This document shows, one piece after another, positions 28,568 through 40,500 of a stretch of DNA of 64,000 nt. Where the stretch lies: contig JAJDCD010000025.1 in the NCBI GenBank assembly GCA_029261035.1, forward strand, positions 66,926 to 130,925, read 5' to 3'. This stretch comes from Candidatus Omnitrophota bacterium. GTDB lineage: Bacteria > Omnitrophota > Omnitrophia > Omnitrophales > JACROU01. The stretch's first letter is position 1, and every line of letters starts with the position of its first letter. Under the pieces are notes generated by a model. That model did not search any database. It was not told where the DNA came from and saw only the letters and a program-made list of their open reading frames with translations. A program made the translations under genes and the position numbers.

Positions 28568-31500
28568 TTATGCAGCTGTGAGAAGGGCTTGATACGCTTT
28601 AAAAGCTTGTTGGAGTTTACTGATTTTTTCTCTTAAGGAATTTTTAACAAAAGTAAAAACACCTCTCTTCTTATCTTTCCGAATATTGTCACGCACAGGT
28701 TTCATTAATGGATGAGACATATCCCCTTCGCTCATTCCCAACAAGAAAGCATGCGGCAATGCATAACGATTAAAATCTGCTAACTCAATACCTAAATCAC
28801 TTAACTCATTTGAAGAAGGGGTCTCTAACCTTTGGATCAACATAAGATCAATCGCACTTAATAATTCGGACGAACCTACAACGCTCAATCTACGATGAAC
28901 CATCGCCTGAGTTATATTTACACTCACTTCTTCAAAATACTGTTTTGCCAAATTTAAGATTTGAACAAAATCTTTTCCTGTTAAATAAGATTGAAAACTA
29001 TCGACTTCATCCCCTTTAAGTATAGGAATAACAAGAATTCGATCATTAATTAGCTCCCCATTTTTATCCTTCAAGAATTTTATTTTATTTTCAATCTGTT
29101 TGGCTTCTTTATTGGTTCCATAATAAAAAATTAAAGACACTGTTTTTGGATTATTCGTAAGTAATAGTGACTCCGACTCTACATCAAAGTAATCACTTGT
29201 TTTCATAACAACAGAAAAAGTCTCTGAATTCAAATCATAGGCATTAAACACACGACTTTGAGTTTCCGAAAGCACTCGATCAAAAGAAACAACCCTTGGA
29301 GATTCAGCATCCGCACTTTCAGCCGCAAAAGCTTTTGGATACCAAGAACTCATAACAAGTCTGTAAAGAGAGCTCTTCGCAGAAGAATAAAAGGACAAAG
29401 GTAAAATGCGTCCCGAAAATAACTGTGCCGTTTCTCTAACACGATCCACAACACCCAAACTTGCAGCAGAAACGTCTGCTAACTCAGGGTCATTGGAATA
29501 AATAAACCCTCCTCCAGAAGTACGATTTATAATATTTGCATGAAACACCGCTAAATCATGCTGATCTAACAAAGTATGAACTTGGTTAAAAAAAACAAAA
29601 TCTGATTTCCCAGACTCCAAATCACCTCTTGTTTTATACTTAAATGCCTGAACCCAAGCATTTACCTCTGGGTTATCAAGGTCCACTGTCACAAACTGCC
29701 AAGAGTCACTGACCCCTGGTAAAAAAGAAAATGCTTTTCTGATGTTGTTTCTCATGTCCTCAAAGTCTTTCTCCAAAGGAGTTACCGTTCTAAATCCTTC
29801 ATTAGGAATATATTTTTGAAACTTGTGCTTAAACCCATTCCACTGACCATAAACACCTCCATCTTTGTGTCTTAAGTCTATGAATGGGTAAATAATCTCC
29901 CCTCTTTTAAATGCTTCTAACACACGAGTGTCTCTATCTAAAATATTAAAATCTAAAGGAATCTCTTCTAAAGACACCCCCTCCTTTTGATACGCAGTCA
30001 TCATCAAAATTAAAATACTTAAAGGTTCTTCAAATACACCTGGACCTATTAAATCGATGGTTATTTTTTTATTTTGTTCATCGCTTTCCTTTTTCTTTCT
30101 AATCAACTCTCTTAACTTTAAATAAAAACTTTCATACTGTTTATGAGTCCTAAAAAACAACCCATACCGACCCGTTCCTTCATAATCCAAAGGAAGGGTA
30201 ACATCACTTTCTGGCTGAACCCAATACAAACTAAATTTTCCAAATTCTCTTTTATACTGGTCCATATCCTTAATTCCATTCAAATACATAAAGTACTCTC
30301 TAAAATCATCGTACCCACTAGCACGTGCAAAGCCTGACAAAGCCTTCAAAAAACTCTCTGAAAAGATGCGTCCCATATCTAATTGATGTATAAATGTTGC
30401 TCTAAAAGCTAAACTAGAAAGCATATCCGAAATCAAAACTCCATCCACACTCCCTATTCTTTTCACTAGACTCTTAGACACTTGTATTTCTCCTGTTTTA
30501 AAATCCGTTTGCTGCTGTCCCAGACTAGAAGCTCTCGAACGAGCAGCATCCATCACATCAACAACATCTTTAATTGTTTCTTTTGTATGATATGGAAGCA
30601 TAGACATCTTTACAGAATATGTTGGATCATCCTGAATTTTTAATAAATAATCATGCGGAGTCATTAAAATTAACTCTGAGTAACGAGCCATTGCAATTTT
30701 TCTGCTTTGCTCAGCAAATATTCGGACCATTCTGTCTTCAGTATATTCAGAGACCTGCTGTAAAAAATTAATTTGTTCTTTTAAGTAATCAACAAGCATA
30801 ATTAAATTCCACAAAAAAGAAGGTGTTGTTCCAGACTCACCCCAAAGCTCCCACAAATCACTATAGGGACTATCCAGTATTTCTATAAACTTATTTTTCT
30901 CAAGCAAGTCTCTAAAAGCACGTCTAGATTCAACAGAATTAACCGCTTTAATAATTCCCGCAGATGTAAATCCTGCTTTAAATAGCACTTCTTGTTTCCT
31001 CTCCAAAATTTCTCTTCTATCTTCTTCCAAATCATTATTCAAAATATTACTATTTCTATCGTACGCATCATGAGCTCTTTCCGACAATGTAGCAACAAAA
31101 TCTGTTGGAATATCAACATAAAGCAAACTTGTAACTCTAGGTAACCAACCCATTCTAACCTTTGCTTCAAAGTATTCCTCAGCAAAAAAACTTTTCCACA
31201 AAAATTGATACACCCCTTTTAAGTCGTTTACATTTAAAAGCTCTTGCTCCTTCTCTTTATTCCACCCACTATGATTCAATAATCCTTGAACCAAGCCTTC
31301 TACAAAGAACTCAAATCCATCATATTTCTCAAAATGATGCAAACTATCAACAGCAGAAACCGAAGATAATAAAGCGTCACTCACTTTCAGTTCTTTGCGC
31401 CTAGCACTTGTGAAAGGGTATTCATAAAGCATTCTAGAAGCAAAAAAGTCTGTCAAAACAAATCGTTGTCCTTGATTTATAGTTATTAATTTTTCTGGGT

Positions 31501-34500
31501 TTGTTAAGGGAATACGTCCTTGAACAAATTGATATGCCAATGCCTTTCCATAACCATAAGCAGCTTGTTGCACCCATGACTTCTCATCCTTTTTTTCTAT
31601 TAATTCTCCTTCATGAGTTGCTCGAATGGAACCTGGGCTCAACCTTAAAAGATACCCTTGTTTATTCGTTTTGTGTTCAAATTGAATACTAGCAATTACC
31701 CTAACAAGAGTCTCTTTTTCATACCCTTCTAAAGTAAAAGTCCCATATTGTTGCAAAGCATCAAATTCTCTTTTAGCCTCTCCAGCCGTCAGTCCTCCTC
31801 GAATACCTCTAAAGGAATCTTCGTAATCATAACCGCCTTCTGGAGTCCCAACCCCTTTTAATTCAAGAAAAAACTCTTGGCCATTCAACGAAAAAATCAA
31901 AGGCATTCCATTCTTTAAAACAATTCCTGTCCTCCCACCTGCACGCGTACCAATTTCAGGAGGAGTTACAGACATCAACACACTATAATCTTCCCCAATA
32001 TCTTCAGAGCTCGTAACAAGAACAGCCCCTGATAAAAAGTATTCTTTTAAGTCCTCCGGAACCATTTCCCAATCTACGGATGTTTCCATACTAACTTCAT
32101 CCATCAGAGTAAATGCGAGAGGTATTTCTTCCACAGATCTCAAATCTGTCCATTGAGCCTTAAAAGTCGCTGAGTCAGCATTTACAACATTTCTAAACTC
32201 TCTCCCTTTAGAATACACTGGTTGTATTTTTCCATCTCCATCTCTTGATAACCCAACAAGAAGATCGCCTTCCTGTCTAGCACTTTCAAACCTCTCTCTA
32301 ACCTCAGAATCTTCTACACTTTCAAGCTCGCTCAACTTCTCAGGCTCTGGCCAAAAATCGATTTTCTCACCACTATTTCGCTGCCAAATAACAAGCCCTT
32401 TCTGTAGAAGCTTACTTCCAAAATCAGAAAAAAACCTCAAGCCCCCCTCAAGCTTTTGGTAAGCTTTTGTAGGAGAACCATAAAGCTCTCTCAACATATC
32501 AAGCGTATGAACCCTTCCTTGGAGTTTGGATTCTTTGCTAAAATATTCCGACATAGTTTCGAAGTGAATCTTAGCAAAACTAATGTTAGGCCTATTAAAA
32601 GCTCCTATAAGATCTTCTATATGTCTATACGTATCTTTATGCCATTTCTTAATTCTTTGCTTTAACCTACTACGTAAAGACCAATAATCATTTTGAGGCT
32701 GCACTTCTGAAACAATTAAAACAGGATTATTAGACGCATCCCTCGATACCACGACATGCATCCAACCAATAAGACCTGGTCCCTCTGGAAAATTTTTCAA
32801 ATCCACCTCTCCCAAAACACCTCTAACCTCCTCTAAATCTTTTGTGTATTTAGTACCCTTTGAATCAACCAAAACATACACAACCAACGTTGGCTCATAA
32901 CTTTCATTAAAGAATGGGAGACGATCAATGCTTGCAGACAACTTGTATTTACCTAACTTTGAACTTTTATTAATACTCTCTTTAACTCTCTCTAAAAACC
33001 TCCAGTTCTCCAAGTAAATTGCTAAATTTCTACTTTGATCTGAATTCTCATTATTCAAACCAAGAGAAGATGCATCTACCTTACTCAACACTTTCTCTCG
33101 ACTTGCTACAACAGGAAGGTCGCCATCAGTTATTGAAGCCTGATAACTTTGATAAATCTCTTCAAAATAACTGCTATTAGAAAATAACTCAAAAACATCT
33201 TTCGATAATTTTGGATCAGAAAAAGAAAAATCAAAACCTAGCAAAACAACATTAATTAATTGCTGCACCCTTTCATCAGACAATCCTAAATGAGATAAAT
33301 TATTACTCATAGAGTCCCTTAAATAACCAGCAAACTGATTAGCAACATCAATATAAAATTGAACTTTTCCTTGATAATCAATTAAATAAAACTGTAATTC
33401 TCCCTTATGATCATCAACAACCACCTCCGCATTAGGCCATCCTCCCACCTTTTGATAGAAAGAACCTATAACCTTCCCAAACTGATAAAAGGCATTATCA
33501 AGAAAACCTTCATCCCCTAACCTTTCTCTGTTAACTAAAAGCCATTCATCAAAACTAATTCCAGGAGTATAGTCTTTGATATAAACTCTAATTGGATCTT
33601 CCTTATCAAATCCAATCTGAACAAATTGAAGAGGGCGAGTTAAGTAAGGCGTCTTTTCATAATCTTTCATACTTTCTTGGTATTCCATATACGTATGAGA
33701 ATCCGTAACAGCCCCATCCACACGATACATAAACTTGTCTGTAGCTGCCGTTAGATAAAAAACTTCATCTGGGCTTCTTAGCACAATAAGGTCCACCTTC
33801 TTATTGGACCCTTTAGCCTTACTTAAATCTATGAGCTCAATATCAAATTCGGAAAGTGGCTTGTCTGAACCTCTAAGTTCAAGAACATTTTCAAGTGTTC
33901 TTAATCCAGTTTTCTTATCCTTTACCAATAAAGCAGCCAAGATGCTTAAATGTGTGTCATGAATACCCTCTAACTCCTTATGAGAATCATAAACTTTAGT
34001 TTTAGCCAATATCTTTTCAACCTCTTCATCAAATTCAACCCGTTTAAAACGAAAGAATCTTCTCGTGCTCTCCTTAACTGATTCTTTAAATACAAGAGTC
34101 TCTTTTAATTGTTCAACACCCAATGATTGAGCCTCTGAAATCAAAGAGTCTTCCTGAGTAACCACACCTTCCTTTTCTTCTATAGACATAATCTGACTAA
34201 AGAAGTCTTTAACCACCCTTTCCATTTCGTTCTGTAACGCTAAATTATTTTGACTGTAGTGCTTATGCTGTGTTCCTTTCTGTAAAGTCACTACGTTTGA
34301 CCCTGAATCAGACCGCACTTCTGGATCAATGATAAAACGATGAGATACATTCTTCAAACCAGAGAAGGCCAAAACAAGATCCAGCTCTTTAGCAGAAGGA
34401 TCCACTGAAAAATAAACAGAACCCACCCCACTTGGAAGGCCCTTCACTTTTAAAGAAACATGCCAATCATAACCTCTCTCTAAATCAAAAAGCTTAGGAC

Positions 34501-37500
34501 CTTCATGTTCGATTTCTTCTGGTAGATTTTCTTTTTTGAACAGATCTTTAAACCTTTGAATTAAAGGAGTTGGATCAATAGGATAAATAGATGAGAAAAA
34601 GATAGCATCCGAAGCCTCTTCTGCTTCAGACAAATCTAACTCTAAATTAATTAAAGTAACTTCTTCATCCAAAGCAGGAAAGGAAATACGTCTGCTGTCC
34701 TTATCAAAAGATAATATGGGTTTAAAGGTCTTCAGAGAATCAAAAAGTCTCGCGCTCTGAGAAGGATAAATCGGCTCTTCTGATTCATATAAAACATAAT
34801 ACGTATCATCCACTAATACATAAGGGTCTAAATTTTCGGAGGTCCATATACGAGAAACATTCCCTACGTAGGCTTTACCATCAGACTGTTCTCTTAAAAA
34901 ACGATTTAACTCATATTCAAACAACAGTTCTTCAGTGCTAACATCGTCTCTTTTCATTAAAACATACTGCTTCCCATCAACATCCTCAAAACTCCAATAA
35001 ACATCGCTCAGTTTTTTTACCTGGACAAAACCTTCAATTCCAAATAAAGGCTCCACTCTCTGAATAAACTCCCCTTCAACACCTAAACTTCGGGCGGTGA
35101 AAAATTCTAAAACATCTCTATTGGGGTGCTTATTTTTAAATTCGTTACGACCTCTAAAGTTAACTCCTGTTCCAGTTAAATCAACCACCTCTAACTTTAC
35201 TAAGTTAAGTAAAGCTTCTAAGTTTCGATTCTTCACATCTCTTATTCTAGCCAAATACAGTTCCTTCAAATTAGTTAACTTGCTAATTATCTCTAAATCA
35301 CTTCCTTTTATTTGAGTCCTAGTTAGATTCAGCACTTCTAAATTTCTTAGAGCTTCTAACTGTTTTAACCCAGTTCCAGTTACCCTAGTTCCACTTAGAC
35401 GAAGTTCCTTCAGATTAGTTAATTGGATTATATCCTCAAGAGCACGATCTCCAACTTCAGAGCCTATCAAAGAGAGGGTTTTTAAATTTAGTAAATTCCT
35501 TAAATAGTTTAACCCTTCATCCATTACTTGGGTTCGATCCATTATAAGGCTTTCTAAATTCGTCAACTTTCTCAAATGTACTAACCCTTCACCCGTTACT
35601 TGCGTATCTTTTATATCAAGATTTTTCAAACTTATTAAACCACTCAAATGAGTCAGCTCTTCATTTCCAATGTCAAGTTCACTCAGATCAAGACTTCTCA
35701 AATTAGCATGTTCTTTTAAATGCCCAAGCTCTTCATTTCCAATGTCATAATAAATAAATAAAAGAAATCCTAAATTTTTTATCCCTCTTAATTTACTTAG
35801 TGAGACATTTTCAAATGGTAAGAAACCAAGTTTGATATTTAGCATTAAAGTATCTTCTTCAAAACCTACAGCTTCTCTAAATTCACCTTGTTCATATACA
35901 GAAGGATTATTCAAATCATCTAAACGACCTTTTATATCCTCTCTCACCCGTGCTTTATATTCTTCTATCACCTGTTGACCTTTTTTCGTTTCTCTTATTC
36001 GTCGTATAGCTTGTTTATGCTGCTCATGATAACTATCTGGAAAAAGGATACCTTGAGCCCACCCTCCTTCCAACACTCTCATCACTTCATCTTCTCTTCC
36101 AAGTCCTCCCAGCCTATGAAGAACCATCCCTCTCAACCCAAAATTTTCTGGGTATTCGTGCAACGCTCTCATCATTTCATTTAATCCCATATCAGGGCCT
36201 ATACCAAGGCTTTGCGCTTCTGTACTTTTAGGCTCATCTTCATCATCTGTTTCAACCCAAGAGATATTTCTATAATTTACCTCTACATCTCTTCTTGCAA
36301 GATAAATTCCTCCCGCTCCTGTCCCGACAGCAACAAGCAATAAGAGTGCGGGAATAGCTATAGGCATAGAGAATAAGAAAGAAAACAAACCTAAGGTAAA
36401 CATGTTGATTCCTAAAAAGACAATTCTTTCTCCTCGAGTAGAGCCTGGGGTCAAAGTGCTTTGTGGAAAATCAAAATCTTGAACATCCTCATCTCCTAAA
36501 CTAGCTCCCACAACAGCTCTTCGATCTCTTTCTCTATCATCAAGAATGCTTCTTTCTTCAAAAGACACATCTGACATTTCGCTTCTCAACAAATCCTGAT
36601 AATTACTCACCTGATCGAACAAAAACCAATTACGTTCTGTTGGCTTTAATCTTAATTGTTGTTCAGCTTGAGCAGCTCGATATTCCTCAAGCAATTCATC
36701 GTACTCCAACAACTCACTCTCATCTCCTTCGTAACGAAGTAATGCTGCTTGAAACATTTCGAGCAAAAGTCCTAATTTCAAGTCTAAATGCCTCAATTGC
36801 TCAATTTGATCAAAAACTTCTTTTCCCTTTTGCACAAAAAAGTTTTCTTCAAAAATATATCCACGAAGAACTTCATAAGTTGTTTTTTTCTTTTTTATTT
36901 GAATAGGTTGCCCATCTACATCTCGTGATGCTGTAGCCACTGGCATAAGCATTCTTCTTTCTTCAGACCAAACACCCGAATTGATTTCGCGAGACATTGC
37001 CCAAATAGCTGCAGTCCATAGAAAAGGAATCAAAGTCATCAGGATACTAAAAATAGAAAAAATAGTTGCGTTTTGAATTGCCGCATCCGGGCCAGGGCCA
37101 ACAATAAATGAATGAATACCTATAGGAAGCAAAGAAAATGGCATATATTGAAATAAAAACTTCGTGAAAAAATCTTGAAAAAGTACAATTCGGTTCGCAT
37201 GTCGTTCAGGGTTTTGAACAGCAGACACAAAAGAGTATAATTGAGAAGACATGGCACTATAAGCATCCCCTGCACTTCCTCCATAGGCTCCGTGCCAAGC
37301 AAAGATTTCATCCGCCTCTTTTCTGTAAGATTTTCCTAAAGCACGAATATCTTTTATGACTTGTTTTACAGCTTCATTCCGATCAGAAGAAAGGTTCGGA
37401 TTAGAAAAAATATTCGCCACTTCACTTACTGCCACTGAGCGTTTTTGTATCGACCTCATGGATGGAAGCAGCATAATAAGTGCTGTTGCAAATACATTCC

Positions 37501-40500
37501 TATGGGGAGGCGGAATATTCGTATTAATAGCAGCATCCCTCAGAATAAGCACCGCTTTTTTGCGGTTGCCAATGTAGCCCTCCCGTCTCATCAGTGCAAC
37601 AATAACTTCCGCAGCCTGCTGCACCTGTCCTTCTGTATATAACCGCCATGCATCATCAAATTCTAAAGCAGGTTCTTGAGATCGCAATTCTTCTTTCCCC
37701 AAACTCGCTCCTTCAATTTGACGATCATCTTTTTTCTTCTTTTTCTTAAGCTTTATACTTAGCTTTTCTGGAGTTTCTGATATGTCTGGGGTTGTTGAGA
37801 TGGAAAAACCCAAACTTGAAAATCGAATAGAAAGCTGATCTTTATAACTCTCTATTTGAGCTTGCATCCTTGGGCTCTCAGTTTGAAACTCATCTAGAAA
37901 CTCATGAAATCCCTGTACATCTTGAATAATTCGATTTTTTAAATTAAGATTATCGAAATCATCTGCATATTTAAAAATAAGGGATGCAATTTCATTTAGT
38001 AAAATTAACCTTGAGTCTAAACTGTCCAGATATTCAAATTGACTCAATAAATATTTGCGTGACTGTTTATCGTTAAATAAAGATTTTTCTGATTCCCATA
38101 TCAACCTTCTAACATGGCTTACAATGTCACGATCAGCTAATTTGTTTTGATCAAAGAGCTCCTCACGAAGCTCTCTTCTTTCTCTTATTTTATTGAATAC
38201 TTTTTTAAGAGTCCCAACAATGACAATAAGAGAAACAAAAGATATCAATACATTGATATTAAAATGAGATGTGTAAAATCGATGAGGATTAACGTCGAAA
38301 AAAGAATGGTAAATGCTAACTAAAGGAATAATAGCAATCACCCAAGCAAAACTCGCCACTAATGCAAGACCTTCTATTTCATTAAAATCCCTATTTCTAT
38401 AAACTGTCAAAGGATCTTCTATTAAATGCTCTGTCTCAAAGATGAAATCGGATGTAAGATAATACTTTTGCTTATCATCTTCTTTTCTAATTGAGTAATT
38501 AAAACGATCTGTATTCTCCTGCATCAAATAAGTCCTCAATAAACGCTTCGCATCTAACCCATATTCTGAATTTGTTAAAATTTCAGCATACTGATCAATT
38601 TCTTCTCTCGATTGAGAAATTACGCCTTTCATCCCTTCTGTTGCTAAAATAAGCTCAACATAATAACGAGCTACACTTCTTCTCTTCTTTCTGTCTTTAT
38701 AGTAATACAGATGATGACTGTGCAAATATTCAATTATTTCTCTTTGATAAATATTTTCTGCTGGCAATGGCCTATATTCCAAAAGCAAATCCAAAGCTTC
38801 TCCATGACGTTGTGCTTCTCTTAAAGACCGGTGTCTAACAGCCAATTTATTTGCTTCATCATCTGTTAAATCCACACTAACTCTTTCTTTTGGATCAGAT
38901 CTGTCTGAATAATCAAACGGAAATTCATCTTTGGAAAACTGCTTACCCAAACTCGCACCTTCTAGCTGACGGTCATCTCTTACTTTTCCAGTTTTAGAAT
39001 CTTCTGCAATTGGAGGGGCGGAAATATCTCTTTGAATATCTGGAAATGGAATATCAGGAAATTGTTGAATTAAGAATTCCCGCAGGTTTTTAGATTGGTC
39101 TTTGATGGGCTCCGACACGGAACTTATTTCTGTTAAAAATTGATAAAAGGCTACAATTTCATTATTGAGCCACTCTACCAACAATGGGTTTTCTTTTTCT
39201 TCCGAATATTTAATGACGGCTGCTGCTAATTCATTCAGCAAATAAATTTGAGCATCCGTGGTTCTCAGTTTTTCAAATTGAAGTTTAATGTATTGACGAT
39301 GTTTTTCATCATTAAAGAAATAGCTGTCTGTTGTCCATAACTTCTTATTAACTGCCTTAACAATTTCTTGATCACTCTCACCTAAAGATTCAAAAAGAAT
39401 TTGGTTCTGAAGTTCTAGATAATTAAGATCTTTTCCTCTGTTTTTATCCAACATCATTCTAAAAATAGCAATTAAAGATATGATTGGAATTAAAATGGCA
39501 ACTCCTCCAAGAACATAATCCGATATCTGAGAAGCCTCTAGCAAAACACGAGTGCCTAAGGTAATAAAAATTGCTGGCATTGGAACAAGTATCCAATTTT
39601 GTTTTCTGAAAATTACATTAAAAATTGAAGGGTTTCCAATTTCTTCCAAGTAAGCTTGAGGATCTAAAATCATTCTAGAAGCATGTTCTGCATCTCGTGC
39701 TGTTTTATAATAAGGCCCAGCAGGTCCTGAACCATATTGACCACCACCCCACTCAACATACTCCTTATACTTTTGGGCGCCTTGCTCATTTAGTTCTTTT
39801 GAAAGCTGTTTCAATAGATTTGAAGCTGTTTCCGCTGAAACAGCAGACGAGATTAGATCAACCATTTTGTCTTGAAGGTCCCAATCATCAAATTTAGATT
39901 CTACACCTGGCAACAATTGAATAAAAAACTTAGCTGCTTTTCTTCGAATTTGCACAGGTTGTGTTTGATCAAACAGCAATGGATAAACTAAATCAAAACT
40001 TTGTTTTCGATATTCATCATTATCGGGTAATATTCCTGGAGAACGCGCTAATAGAATATGAATCATCTTTTCATAAAAACCCAATTGAAATAAACCCTTA
40101 GCTTGAGTCAATCGATTTCTAGCATCTTCGATACCTGCTACGGATAACCTTTCATCAAAACCAAACTGCCTTTCAGTAAGTGGCGAGTTTCCCATAATAG
40201 AGCGTCGACGAGACACTTCCTCTCCAGCCGCACCAGGATCAAAATCACGCCATTTAAGCCACATCTGCTCTGTATCTACAACTGTCAAATCCAAAGGCTC
40301 TGGATGCTTTTCATAAATCTGTCTAATTTCTTCTCGAGATACTGGAGTCTGGTAAAAACTAACATGCAATAAATTCTCCATACCTTCAATCAAACTAATG
40401 TCTACCGACTCTAAACCATCTAGATTTAAATCAATCTCTTCTTTCCATTCATTCAGAATAACTCTCTTATCCCACTCCTCTTCTAGTCCATTGACTCTTA

